DNA of 64,000 bases from Massalongia carnosa. Taxonomy: Eukaryota. Under the pieces are notes generated by a model. That model searched no databases. It worked only from the letters and a program-made list of their open reading frames with translations, and was not told the origin of the DNA. The stretch spans positions 124,001 through 188,000 of the forward strand of contig OZ287086.1 in the NCBI GenBank assembly GCA_965645245.1. Direction: 5' to 3'. Both the position numbers and the translations under genes were made by a program. Below, one piece after another: positions 23,158 through 37,065 of the stretch (within the stretch, counting starts at the first letter, position 1; each line of letters begins with the position of its first letter).

Positions 23158-24449
23158 AGAATTAACGGATAGACTAGAACATTGCATGTCAAGACCGGAA
23201 CTCAATCAGTCGTCCGATTACATTCCGATCTCCACCCGAATTGCGCTGAACAGTAAGGTTCAAACAATCAGAGAACGCAGGGCCTGGAAACTGACGAACA
23301 TGAGAAAACTGAGAGAAGCGGAAAAGAGGGCGCCCTCCCGAAGACCCCCCGATCACCCGCCGAAATCGATGCTTACATCGTGTCAATTCAAAGATTTCTT
23401 CAAGAAGTGATAGAAACCTCTGTACCATGGGCTAGACCCAGTAAGTACGCCAAACCCTTTTGGAATGATAAATGCAGTGTGATCACGAAAGAAACTCGTA
23501 GGCTCAGACGTGTCTGGTCCAATTCCAGAGACATTTCTCATTGGAAAATATACACAAAATCCAATCACAGAAAACAAAAAATTCATTCAAAAGGCTAAAA
23601 GACTATCGTTCCGCAAGGAAATAGAAAAAGCCACCGAATCTACTGGTCTCTGGCGATTAGCCAAATGGGCGAAAGACAAAAGTGACCAGACAAGAGAAAT
23701 TCCCAAAATGCCCAATCTCGTTCGAGACGACCAAGTAGCAGAGACGTTCGAGGAGAAATCAGACATGCTAAAACAGAAAATTTTCTACCCGCCCCTCCGG
23801 CCGACCTCAGTGACATAAAGGGTTCATTTTACCCCAGCCCGCCATAATGTCAAATGATCATAACCAAACTAGAGGTGATGGAAGCTATACGCCAACTCAA
23901 GCCCGATACGGCCCCGGGTCCGGACGGAATAGCCAACAGAATTGTAAAGGAATGCTCGGAAAAGCTAGTCGAATTACTCACCCCACTGTTTCAATCATGT
24001 ATAGAACAAGCATATCATCCTCGTGCATTTAAAACCGCCAAAACAATTACGCTCAAGAAAACAGGCAAGGATCACTATTCGGCCTCGAACGCCTATCGAC
24101 CCATAGCACTCTTAAACACGCTTGGAAAAGTAATGGAATCTATCATGTCACAAAAAATAACCCATCTAGCGGAAACCCACCGACTCCTGCCCGACACCCG
24201 GATGGGCGCGAGACGAGGAAGATCAACCGAATCTGCACTAGAATTGTTGACTGAACAAATTCATACAGTATAGGGCCAAGGCACAGACAAAGTAGCCACA
24301 TTATTAAGCATGGACGTAGCAGGAGCCTATGACACAGTGACATATCGAAGACTAATTCACAATCTTCGCAAAAGGAAAATCCTAAAATGGATTCACTGAC
24401 TAGGTGAACAGTTTTCTGAATGAAAGAAGCACTACCCTGGCGATTTACA

Positions 24450-24750
24450 TGTCGCGGGGTGACAAAGCACATACCACGTCGGAACGGGAAGAACTAGTCT
24501 TCCGGAGATGCTAAGAACAGTCATGAGGTAATGGCATTGCGGAAGTACATGCCGAATGCATGACGAAGTCAACATGGTAATCAGGGCAGACAACGTCCGA
24601 AGGTGGACTAGCTTAATTATCAGGAGTAATAGGCATGTCTTTTCGTTCTACTGTTTCTTTTCTCTTTGTCGAACGTCTTATCCATTTAGCTAGACAATCA
24701 AGTCTCACGTTTGCACAACCTAAATTACTACACGCCCTCGCACCGTGACA
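24450..24750. mobile_element. Solo LTR in the LINE 1 RT region
   Basis: TGTCGCGG...CCGTGACA termini, TSD TTACA. Confidence 0.9.
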
Positions 24751-26409
24751 TTACAGCCGAGTCACGGGCATATTCGATGTAAAAACCGGAATCCCACAAG
24801 GCTCCCCCATTTCTCCTATTCTTTATCTATTCTACAATGCAGACCTACTAGACATATATGAAAGACTAGGCAGCAACACGAGTGCTCTAGGCTTCGTAGA
24901 TGACATCAATTTGCTAGCATACGGAAAAAGCACCGAAGAAAATGGCAAGACGCTAGAGGTAATTTACAAAAAATATGAAAAATAGGCAAGTCGACATGGT
25001 TCAGTCTTCCCTCTAAAGAAATACGAAATGATATATCTTTCAAGAAATTCGAAGAAATTCAACATGTTTACTCTTATTCAAATAGGAAATAACTTCATAA
25101 AACCAAAGACAGATATCAGAATTCTAGGACATCAAATCGATTCAAAATTGAAATGGGGTGCTCACACAAGGAAAATCCAGGAAAAAATGACAAAACAATC
25201 CAGGGCATTGACAAAAATATCCACCTCTACATGGGGCGCCACTCTTCTAAAGGCACGCCAGGTTTACACCGCCGTAGTCCGGCCGGCCATGACGTACGGC
25301 TCCACTATTTAGCACATGCCAAAAGAAATTCAAAAGTCAAACGTTATCTCAAATAAACTGGCTGTTATACCAAAAAAATGTCTAAGAAACATAGCCGGAG
25401 CCTTCAAAGTAACGCCCATAGCTGTACTAGAAGTAGAGACATTTATAGCCTCAATTGACATACATTTAGATCAACTACAGGCCCAGACCAGACAACGCCT
25501 GTGTCGAATTGGCCAAAAGAGTTTCATTACAAATTTATGTAACAAAATAGCCAATATACTTCGAGGTCGGGCAGGACGCGAGATGGCCCCAGTCATCACT
25601 CCAGGAACGCTGAAATACGCCTGGGCCAAGAGAATCACATCGGAGGCACATAGCCCTCCAACACGATACTAAATCTACTATAGGCCGAATCCCCCCCGAA
25701 TCTCGCCCGAGAAATGGGGGAGGCACGCGCCGCTCATAACAAAATAACTTCTCAAATAAAAAAACGACACACAGTTACATGGCAGGCCTCGTGGAGATCA
25801 TATCAGGAACGCATACCCGTTTCCACCCCGGCATAATTAGGTTGACTCTCCAAAAAACGCATCAAACTGCACGAAACTCTAGCCAAAGCGGAGAGCGCGC
25901 TAGCGATTCAGATACGCTCAGAAAAGATAGGCCTAGTCGCCTTCCTATATAGACACCGAGTCCCAGACGTCTCGTCCCCAAACTGCTCATGTGGCTGGCA
26001 CAAACAGACTGCAAAACATGCGATCATGTTTTGCAAACTTAACGACAACAGAAGAACTCTGTTAAATACGATAGGCATACACAACTATCGATTAATCACT
26101 GAGTCATCTAAAGCAATGAAATTAGTCACAAAGTGACTAATGAAGAAAGGTTTGTTGTCACAATTTTCGCTGACAGCACAGGATCTATACTGCTAACAGT
26201 AGGCATGCTTTGTTTTATTTTTCGTACTTGTCGTAGGTCAAAGGTTGTTTCATGGAACACACGGCTGGGACCCGGAGGGTCCTCGGCCGCACACAGGATT
26301 GCATAGTTTTGTTCCTCAAAAGGTTTTCCATGTACTATAAAACTAGATAGACTCACCCGCATGAGCTGGCCTTCGGCCGGTACCACATTGGAATAAGAAT
26401 AATCATTAT

Positions 26410-26820
26410 CATAATCTTGTATTTAAATCTTTTCTTTCTTATGATTTCTTATCTTTTTTTTATTTCTATTCTTTAACTTCTTTAAATTTTTTTTAATAAA
26501 ATATTCTTTGTTTTTTAATATTTATTCCAATTCTTATTTTTTCTGATTTTTTCTTCACTTTATTTTGTTTCATATTTTTAACTTTACTGTTCTTCTTGAT
26601 TTATTCTTTTTTCAATTCAATTCGAATTTGTTTTCTATTTCTATGATTTCTATTGATTTTTCTCGTTTTTTTCTCGTATTCTTTATTCTTGTCTTCATTT
26701 TCTTCAGATTTTTTAATACAATTTTTACGTCTTTTTCCCGTTATTTTTTTGAATTATTCGAAACTGTTAAATTATAATCGATTTAAATGATTTCTTGTTT
26801 TTGTCTCGCTCTTTATAATG
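26410..26820. other. Very AT-rich, T-skewed low-complexity tract
   Basis: Almost G-free on the + strand; lies between the two LINE 3' ends. Confidence 0.75.
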
Positions 26821-26829
26821 ATGATTGAT

Positions 26830-29800
26830 TCTTGTACCGATCTGATACCGGCCGAAGGCCGGCCCATGCGGGCTATCTACTTATTCTTACAGGGAAATCC
26901 TTTTAAAGGGATAAAAACCATGCAGACTGCGCCATTATCCCAAACGTGTTCCGTTTCTGAACTGCATTCTTCGCTCGATATTATGTGAAATCCTTGACAA
27001 AATGAGAGTTATCACTCGTGCAACAGTTGCGATGCTAGTGAAAACTGGGTCAGCAAAATTTGCTTTTATTATCCATGTGGTTAGTTTTTTCAACATTTTC
27101 GACGAGCTCATGATCGTTCGATAGTTGTTGGTGCCTATTTGTTTTAGCACTTCGTATCTGCCGTCGATTAGCCTGCAATGTAGAATAATATGTTTTGGCT
27201 GTCTACTTCTGCCATCCGCACGAGCAGGCCGGGGTCATAACGCCCGGTACCCGCCGATTGAGTAAGAAGTTTGCCAAGCCTATTTTTTCTGTGCGGATTT
27301 GCGTGGTTAGCGCGCTTTCCGCTTTCATCAGGTTGTTGTGAATCTTCAGTCTCGTCCTACTGAGAGATCCCAACTGTGCCTCTGTTGGGCGGGGAATGCG
27401 GTTCTGGTACATCTTCTATTTGGAGTCCCAGCGATCCTTGATGCGTTCTGTGGTGGCCTTTGTATGTTTCTCTATGGTATGGCGTGTCGTGGTGCATTTT
27501 TCGAGGTGCGCCGGGTCGGGTGTGGACCAGGGCGGAGGCGATGGGGGCATTGTGACTGGTGCCTCGTTATTCAACATTTTGCTGGGCCATTCGTATTTCA
27601 ACTCTCCTGGGGTGAGGTGTTGCGTTCTTTTGCGTCCTGCCTTACCCCGTAGCTTGTTCGCTATTGTGTTACAGGCTTTTGAAATCAGTTTCGCCTGCCC
27701 TGCGGCCCGGAGACGATACCTTGATTTTATCTGTAGATTGTCCAGATGCAACTCCATGGGGGCGATGAACGTTTCCGCTTCGAGAACTTCGACGGGTGTT
27801 GCCTTGAACGCCTCTGTCACGGTGCGTAAGCATTTGTTCTGCATGACGCTGAGTTTGAACGTCGTGGCCTTGTTTTTCTTGATTTCCCTGGGTGTGTGCC
27901 ACACGGTGCTTCCATAAGTCATTGCCGGGCGAACGACGGCGTTGTAAACCTGCCGGGCCTTCGCGAAAGAAGCTCCCCAGGTGGATGTCGATATTTTTGT
28001 GAGCGCCAGCGACTGCGACGTCATCTTTTCCTGTGTTTTCCGTATGTGGGCTCCCCATTTCAATTTGGTGTCGATTTGGAGGCCAAGAACTCGTATGTCC
28101 GTTTTCGGTTCTATTAGGTTGTTTTCTATTTGGATAGTAGCTGACATGTCGAATTTCTTTATATTTCTGGACAAATGAATGAGCTCATACTTATCCGATG
28201 TAAATACGGACCCGTGGCGTGCCGCCCATAGTTCGCATTTTCTGTGAATTCTTTCGAGGGTTCTGCAGTTTTCTTCCGTGCTTTTGCCGTATGCCAACAC
28301 ATTTACGTCGTATACAAATCCTAGCGCGCTCGTGTTTGTGCTGGTTCTCTCGCATATCTCTAAAAGTTCCGCATTGTAGAACAGGTGGAGAATAGGGGAA
28401 ATGGGTGAGCCTTGAGGAATGCCCGTGCGCACCGCGAACTCCTCGGTTACTCGCCGGTTTATCGTTAGCGTGGTTCTTCTTTCCTTCAGAAAGCTTGCCG
28501 TCCAGTCTGTGATCCATTTCGGGATTTTCCTTTTTCGCAGATTGTGTATCAGCCTGCGATGAGACACTGTGTCGAATGCGCCTGCTACATCCATGCTGAG
28601 GAGAGTTGCCACCTTGTTGTGCCTTGTCCCCATACAGTGTGTACCTGTTCGGTGAGGAGTTCGAGCGCAGACTCGGTAGATCGGCCACGCCGAGCACCCA
28701 TTTGTGTGTCCGGCAGGAGCCGGTGCTGTTCCGCTATATGGGTGATCTTCCTTGCGATGACTGCTTCTAATACCTTACCTAATGTGTTCAGTAAAGCTAT
28801 GGGTCTGTATGCCTTTGTACTGGTATTGTCTTTCTTTCCCGGTTTCTGAGCGCGATCGAGTTTGCTCTTTTGAACTCGCGTGGATGATACGCATGCGTGA
28901 CGCAAGCCTGAAATAAAGGGGTTAGCAGCTCTGCTAGCTTTGTGGAGCATGCCTTGAGAATTCTGTTGGTGATCCCGTCAGTGCCCGGAGCCTTGTCGGA
29001 CTTAAGACGTTGTATGTTTTCGATCACTTCGTCATTTGTGATTGTCATGGGGCAATCCACGGCGGTGGGGTAGAACGACCCAGGTATGTCGCTCAAGTCG
29101 GCCGGCGGGGGGGGGGGAAAGAATTTGGCTTTCAGCATTTCCGCTTTTTCTTCGAACGTCTCCGCTGTTTGCCCTTCGTACCTCAATGGCGGCATTTTCG
29201 GTATCTCGCGGGGCTTCTGACTCCTGTCTTTTGCCCATCTTGCTAGCTTCCATATGCCCAACGGCGACTCGGTGGCTTTGCTTATCTCTTTGCGAAATGA
29301 GAGCGTTTTTGCTTTTTGGATTATCTTTTGCTTCTTGTCGTTGGACTTCATATATGCCTTCCAGTCGTCTAAGTGGCGCGATGACGACCAGAAGCGGCGC
29401 AATTTGCGAGTCTCGCGGGTGGCGCGGTTGCATTCTTCGTTCCAAAAGGGTTTCGCATATTCGCTGGGTCTGGCCCAGGGGACGGAGGCGGTTATGATTT
29501 TCTGCAGGAATTCTTGAATTGTCTGAGCGTACTGATCTATTTCTGCGGTTGAGCGGGGGTGGATTACGGGCGGGGCGTTGCTTTCAGCCTCCCTCAATTT
29601 CTCCATGTTCAGCAGCTTCCATGCTCTGCGCTTTAGATTCGTTAGCTGTTCACTCCCGAGAAGAATGCGAGTGGATATCGGAATGTGATCAGAGGATTGA
29701 ATCATTTCCGGTCTTGACATGAAGTGTTCCAGTCTTTCCGCCAGAAATTCCGACATGAATACTAGATCTATAGTGCTAAAAGAGTTCCGGGCCTCCCACG

Positions 29801-30680
29801 TGACGGTTCCTTTGGGCAGCGTCAGTGAGAGGTCAAATTCTTCTACTATATTCAGTAACTGATCTGCGGCTGCGTGTTGTGTTGGCCTTGTGATTCCATT
29901 CCAAAAGGGGTGGTGAAGAGTGAAGTCGCCGAGAAGAACGTGCTGTGCGTCTGTGGCAAGCTGCTGGCGTACGACGGGGAGTGTGGACGGGCTGTCTGTG
30001 GATGAATAAGAGGACGGGGACGGGTTGTACACGTTATGAATGTGCAGCACTTTCGTAACCCCATCGGTATATACGTTCAATTTCAACGTGCATAGATCTG
30101 CGGTAGGACTTCCCAGCTTTCCGGGTCTATTTTCTCGTTAACGTAAAAATATACGCGTGTGTCACCGCCGGGACGATACAGAAGGTGAAATCCGCTTTGA
30201 TGTGAGCTGAGCGTTGTGGGAGCGTGCGTGCTCCGCCGCGGTTCCTGTATTGCTATAACATCGTAGTCCTGCGTGTTTAAATCTGCCAAAAGGGGAATCA
30301 TTGTGCTTACTCGATCAATTCTGACGTTGTACTGTAGTATGTTAATGGAGTTTGTGTCCTTCATAAATCTCCTTCTTCCATTACGGCCGTTGCCGGGGCG
30401 GTGGGGTGGTCCGATTCTGGGTCGGCGGGGGAGGGAGATGTTTCAAGGGTCGGCGGGGGGGGGGCAGGATCCGTGCGGGACGGGGCGGGTGTTGCTGCGG
30501 TTGGTGTGTTTGGTGGTCTGCCAAGAGTGGGCTTTGCCATCGCTCTTTGCATGTTCATGGGTTTCATGATCTCCGTGTCCTTCCATGATATGCCCGCTAC
30601 GCGGCTGGGACCTGTCGAGGAGACTTCTTGGGAACCCGCTGGGGCGGTTTTCCTTTTCTTGCTTGTGACGACCATGCGTG
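26830..30680 (-). mobile_element. Tad1-like LINE 2 (5'-truncated, frameshifted)
   Basis: ORF1 tail 30361-30675 overlaps the ORF2 ATG (ATGA). ORF2 pieces 30083-30364, 28797-30086, 28585-28950, 27416-28633 and 27203-27412 carry APE and RT motifs. Same clade as LINE 1. Confidence 0.92.
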
Positions 30681-30811
30681 GTGCGGACGGCAGGACCTAC
30701 AGCGAACATAGCAGGAGTCCCAGTTATAGTAGAATAGAGCTTGGTCTGCGGACTAAGTATTGTGCCTTTTGGTCGGGAAGGACAGGTGGCGCAATGGTAG
30801 AAATCTATTCA

Positions 30812-33699
30812 CTATCTCGCTTCGTCACAGTTCTCGAATCCCTCAACGTGGTCGTTGTTGCTCATCGAATTCCCACGACTCTGATGAATCCTTTGGGAAA
30901 CTGCTTGCCACATTTTCATGACCTTCGTCCAATTCGATTTCTCTTCTTCTCTCCTGCATGTCGTGACATCGCTGACATAACTCTTCATCCTTTTCACATT
31001 ACTCGCGGTCTCGACGTTCATCCATATATTCATCCAATATGACTCGTTGACATTCGTTCTGTTCCGTCGCCATGATAAACCGTTTCATGGTCTGCCTCGA
31101 CTCGCTTTCCGAAAATATCTCGCTCGGTGGCTGCGCCTCCGGCCGAATCATGATGAACACTTCGCTGATGTCGCCGTCTCGTCCCGCTCGTCCGCTTTCT
31201 TGCGCATATTCTTCCATGCTGCGCGGAACATCCATGTGAACAATCATTCGAATGTCCGATAAATCAATCCCCAACCCAAACGCGCTGGTTGCCACCACCA
31301 CCCGACATGTCCCCTGAATCAACCCCTGAAATATCTCGTCTTTGTCCGCCGCATGATGATGATATGCTCCGCAATTCAATGCCTGCGCCAATCGCTGCAC
31401 TGTCGACACCGTGTTGGCGTACACAATCATCTTTCCGCTCGCCCGGCTCTGCAATATGTCCGTCAAAAATTGATTTTGTTGCCGGCTGCCGTTCATCCCA
31501 CGCACGATGCGATAACGAATGTTGGCTCGACTCGTGGCGCTGCGAAACATTCGCAACTCGTCTCGTACGAATCCCATCCGACGACACAATTCCATCTCCT
31601 GCCGGGGCGGCAACGTCGCCGTCAACAATATCATCTGCGTTTCTGCCCCAATTAATCGCCCTAATTGCTGCAACTGCGGTCGGAAATGCCATTGATCGGT
31701 CAATGTTACATGACATTCGTCAATTACAATCCGTTCCAACTGCTGCATGGCTCGTAATCGGTTGATGTATGTCTGAAAATCCCCCGTCACCGCCGATTCC
31801 GGCGTGACCAACACCAACGACGCCGCCTCCGGTGGTCGACGAATGCTCCACTCTGCGCACGTGATTCACATGCCTTCGCACCGTCGCCGCATGTCTTGCC
31901 GCAATACGATCAATGGCAACACCACTACGCTCACCCCCCCGTGCCCGCATGACGCCGGCAACATGAATGTGATGCTCTTGCCGCCCCCGGTAGGCATCAC
32001 CGCGATCACGGGGCTTTCGCCGGCCATGATCGCCTCACTCGTGACCCTTTGCACCCCGCGGAACTGACTGCCGGCCCCCATCAATCGCCCCAATTGCTTT
32101 TGAACGTCCACTCCACGCAACCGTTTCCATCGATGCATACGGATCTCGTGATTCTCTCCTTCCCATACCGTCCTGCGTTTTTTTCCATGTTCCGACGACT
32201 CGTGCGTCGCCATGGCCGATGCAAATTCTAAAATCGGTGCCATTCCTGACTGCTTTCGCGAAACCGCTGTCGCTTGCTGGCCACCTCCCCACTGGCCTCC
32301 ATAATGCCTCGTGCATATATCATGCCCGCCACGTGCGATCCATGCCCCGCCTACACGTCCGCGATGTCGTCCGACCCATCGTCCGCCATCTCCTCGTTTT
32401 CCGTGTCGGCATTAAACGACAAACCCCCACGCATGTACTGGTCACTTACATCATCAATCCCTGCTCCACGAATATGTTGCCTTGCTCTCCTCGCGCCGTG
32501 TTGCTGTGCCGACAACTCAACATTTCGGGACCTCGTCCGGGCTGCACGCCGCTCATGTGCATCAACACCAACAACTTCTCGCGAAATTCCATCACCTGCG
32601 CCATGTACGTCTCGATTCCCTTTCGATCTCATTGCATTTCTGCTCTCGGCTGAACGAATCGTCGTTTCACCTCCTCATGATTCCATGTTCGATTGAACAA
32701 CCACCATTCCCCATCCACTGCGAACTCATGCCGCTCGTCCTGCATAAAATTCCATCCTAGAGTGTTTTCGCTGAAGTTGTCTCGTAATGCATTCCACTCG
32801 ATGCTGAGCACCGCTCCTAATTGGGAAACAAACAATAAGTCCTCCATCATCATGCGTCGAGTTTCGGTGACCAGTCCATGAATCATGCTGCGGAGTTGCC
32901 GCATGCTGAATTGAATGTTTTTGTACACAATCTGATCCCCAATCCAATCAATATGACCTGCACTGGTGGTGTTGTAATGAATCTTCAACCCGTACGTGCG
33001 TAAATCCAACATCCATTACATGGGACTGTGACTGCCCTGAATCATAAATCGATTCATCATGTCTCGAACTCGTCCCAAACATCCCTTGTCTTCGGTCGCG
33101 AACCCCTCGTGTTCCGACTCGTCTTCCTCCTCGTCGCTGTCACGGTTCTCGCTCAACTACTCCCTCATCTGTGACGCTGAACCCGGTATTTCTGCTCGTT
33201 CCTCCTCGTCGCTATTCTCCCATGCATGCTGCACCACCATCATTCGTGCCAACTTGATCATCCGTCACAATATGGGTGGGTATCGATCGGATCCTAACCA
33301 TCGATCCTCGTCCACTCCCAACACCGCCAACGCGTTCACCAATGGGCTGTCGTATTCGGTGCGTGTGATGCGTTGATCCAACAACGCAACGCAAAAACCC
33401 AAACACAATTCAACAACCCGACTCAATCCGACGTCTTCATGGATGGGGCGGTCTGTCTCTTCAACATCTGGGATTTCCACCGCTGACGATGTTGATTCGA
33501 CTTCCTCATTTTCTTCCTCGGCTCTTTCAATGACGGTGGAAAATCCTCTCCATGCTCGTTTCTGGGCTGGGGTGAATCGATATGGCGGGCTACTCTCGCT
33601 GCCTTGGGGCCGCGCACGGGCAAAAAACATCAACACCTGCTTCCATGGCCGACTGTGATCTTGGATGGATTGGTTGTCCATATATGGTTGTAACGGCGC
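30812..33699 (-). pseudogene. Telomere-linked-type RecQ helicase, fragmented and 5'-truncated
   Basis: VMPTGGGKS, IVIDECH, LLTATL, VATSAFGLGID, YAQESGRAGRDG. Upstream PWKQVLMFFAR, YDSPLVNALAVLG and MLDLRTYGLKIHYNT segments are typical of fungal TLH-like proteins. Several frameshifts. Confidence 0.85.
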
Positions 33700-36600
33700 G
33701 AGATGCTTAGGGACAGTCCCCCCCCGACCGTCCCCCCCCTTGTGTAAATCTTTACTAGTAAACAGCCATTTTACTACTCATCCAGGGTGCGTACAAGCTA
33801 GCAGTTACACTACGTATTAATAATGTTGCTGTTACTGACTAAGTGTATTTAACACCTACAAATCTATCTATTGCGATGACTTCAACTCCAAAAACTCGTC
33901 AGCCAATTGCGATACATCATCTTTTCTAGGCTTCTTGGTTTTAGCCACCTTTCTCGCTTGAGCCCTAGCCTTTTTGACTGATTTCTCGACTCTTTGCTGA
34001 GATTCTAACTCCAACTGAGCCTTTGATTTCTTCGCCACACCCCGAGACCTTCGCGTTGTTGCAGAGGAAGTAGGGAGAATTTGACTGGCGCGCACGTTTT
34101 GGCTAAGACTACAAAGAGATGGAGCCGGCGCTGCCTGAGGTAGGGCTTTTTGACTATGCTTGGCAAGCACATCGTCAATATCTTCGAGCGAATCCGACGA
34201 GGCTTCTGATGTAAGAATAACATCATTATCGTCATCCGAAGGAAGTTTAGGACCCATAGAACGACCGAGAATGGGCCGAGTGCTTATATACTGCATCTCG
34301 TCATCGTCGTCGGAGATGATAGGCGCGTTTTCCATTCTCTCCATAACTAAGTTTTCTCCTAAACCTATTGTACCCAATAGAATATTAGCCGACCCGGGCG
34401 CAATAACTTTGCAACATCGTGAGTTTTACCTTCTGTTTCACCTTCAACCTCATCGTCGCCCCCAGCACGCAATCTATTATATCTAAGCCTCCTCCCTTGT
34501 TCAATAGAGTCCCTTCGCCTAGTACGTCGCTGTTCAGTTTCTCTAGCCTCAGCTGCCTCGCGACCAGTGTAGGCACGTCGACGACTCCCTCCTTTCTTAT
34601 ACAGGAGGTTTTCTTTGGGCCGAATTCCGTCGGGGAATGTGGTGGGGATGAGAGGTCTTACCAGCTCCTTCTTTTGCCATTTCTTATTGAACTTTTCAAT
34701 GATGTGAGCATGCTCGCGAGCGTACTCCTCCCTTCGATGAGAATCTTCTATTGATTGATGCAGGTCAATAGATTGATATGCTACAGAATGTAGCAAATCA
34801 AGGCCCCCGCGGCGAAGTCTATCCTCACCCAACACGCCTTCCTCGAGCTCGACCTCATCCTTATCCGCCTCAATCTCTCCCGTCCCTTCGACCTCATCGA
34901 CGATCTTTTCAACCTCGGGCTCCGAGCCGCGAGCGAGATCGAAGGTCATTTGCCAAGAGACCGCATAAGGTGGGCCATCAAAAAACCAGCGGGGGTGGAT
35001 GAGGGAAACGGGAATTGGGACCGAGTCGATGATGCATTTATACAACCAGCACTTGCATGGGAGACCGTACCTCAGAGGCAATTCACAATCATAAACACAG
35101 CTTCCACCATCAGGGACAATAGAAAGGATTCGTTCAGCTAATGATTTGGCGGCATCGAGTTCTCTTGAAACAAGGCCAATGGCATGATGCGTAACTTTCC
35201 CAATGAGTAGCGTAAAAGCATTTCTATCTATCTATCTAGGATTGCGTATTCGCTGTTGATTGCACAAAATCTCCTGATCTAATTGTTAAATCCGCACCTC
35301 ATCACAAATTTTCTGCACCGATTGTCTTATAGGAGTGTTTCTATTGGTCACATTTTTAACCAATGGATGCAGACCTTCTGAACGCTGTGTGCTGTGTGCG
35401 CCTAAATTAGGGAGTTTAGTAGTATATGCATGCACGAATTGAATTTCTTGACGTTGATAGAAATTCATGAGATAATCCTGCGAAAGAGGTAGCGTTAGCA
35501 GTAGCCCTAACTCGCTTGAAATTTAATTTGATATATCACTACTAACCTTTTCTGCGGGATGAAGTTCATTTAGCAACTTTTTTCGTCTCTCATCCAACTC
35601 ATCAATAGTGGGGGATTTTATATAATCCCAAATCAGAGTCTCCAGCTTTTTGCGCACTTCTTGGGGATATTTTCCTGCCTTGATCAATCGTTTTTTTATT
35701 GCCTCGGCCGCATGCCACGTGCACAGCTGCAAAACGCATCTCTCCTCGCCCGCTTTCTTCGTTGATTGGTTTAGATTTTCGGCGACCTCTCTTGCAATGG
35801 TCAATGCAGAATCGAGATCAATTGCCGGAGCTTTAGCTTTTCTTTGCATGGCTACAGTCAACCCAGCTGCAAAATCCCCGAAAATCACCCCAGGCCCGGG
35901 GCAATCATCATGAAAAATCAACTCTTTCATACATTCAAAAATAAAAGTGAAACATTCGGCCGATTCGGAAGTTATATAGCAATAAGCGATGGGAAACGAA
36001 AGGTCGGTGTTAGTGATTCCAACCAAAACGGATAAAGGCAAGTTCAATTTATTAGTATTGAACGTTGCATCCGTTTCTAATAAAAACCCACCCACGAAAC
36101 GTTGAGCCAGCCTAATTTGCTCTGCATTGCAAAAAAAATTGTTCTATCACCCGTCTCTCACGCACATTATTCTTAACAATATATTTTTCCTTACACCGTA
36201 CATGAAAGCCCCTGTCTTTCAACGAGCCCAAGGCAAAAAGAAGCTCTTCTTCAGGCGTGTGAGCTCCCTCCGAATGAGCGAGATTATAATAATCGCTCCT
36301 TGACAGACGGTCCTTGGATTCCTAATATTCTCGCTGCTTGGCCATATTGGGTTGACGATGCACGGAGACTCTTCCCTTGATCTGGGGCATCTGTTCGATC
36401 AGGGTCCCTACTATGATGTTCTCTGAATGCAAAGGGATCAGTGGCCATCTCATGCTTGGCTCGGAGTTAGTGACTATTAGTCTCCATGCATTGTCTTTGT
36501 TTTTTTTGAGACGGAGGCGATAAGGGCACTCATTGAACGAAACTTTGGTATTGGCTCGCACCCGGTCTTCCTCCTCTACTTTTCTAGTGTTTCTAACTCT

Positions 36601-37065
36601 TTTGTGGTGGCGTGTGCAGTCTAATACGATTAAATGGTTTTTCTTATCGTGAGTTTCCGTGACCAACGCGAAGCCTTGGGTGAAGGCATAGTCTTGAAGA
36701 CGAGCCTTTGCCTCCTCCCAAGACGAAAATAACTCATTCTCTTGCGGAGGGAGGAGGTGAGGTGGGGGTAGATGGGCAATGGCATGTTGCTTCCGTGCAT
36801 CCAAAGAAGTGGGATCGAACTCCATCGCGATGAGGAGTAGTAAAATATATAATATGAGGTATAGCATAAGTGGAAGGGGAGATTCAGGGAGGGCAAAGGG
36901 TTAGGACAAGGGCAAGGGCAAATGGTAAGTGAGGGTGAGGGTGAGGGTATGTTTTATCAGACCGAGTAGGGTAATTATTGGATGAGCAGTAAAATGGCGG
37001 TTTACTAGTAAAGATTTACACAGGGGGGGGGGGACGGTCGGGGGGGAACTGTCCCTAAGTATCTC
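33700..37065 (-). mobile_element. Mutator-like (MULE) DNA transposon
   Basis: ~86-bp imperfect TIRs at 33700-33784 and 36979-37065 (GAGATGCTTAGGGACAG / CTGTCCCTAAGTATCTC). No TSD seen. Confidence 0.9.
33868..36825 (-). pseudogene. MULE transposase (FAR1-like N-terminus, DDE, SWIM)
   Basis: LQDYAFTQGF...C..H...CPYRL; ETDATFNTN, GDFAAGL, LQLCTWH; HSTQRSEGLH; RYGLPCKCW. Probable intron ~35478-35546; frameshifts. Confidence 0.85.

Larger units (their letters stand above)
13440..26400 (+). mobile_element. Tad1-like LINE 1 (degenerate, hosting nested insertions)
   Basis: ORF1 with Cys/His knuckles (~13480-14497, resuming ~21630-21806). ORF2 from ATG 21803: APE (ILQYNV, LLGDFNLHHPLW, SDY), RT (APGPDG, YRPIALLNTLGK, GIPQGSPISP, FVDD), C-terminal CSCG..QTAKH. 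Many stops and frameshifts. Confidence 0.9.

Noticed and set aside
26565..26777. Phe-rich membrane-protein ORF
   Set aside because: By-product of the T-rich low-complexity tract.
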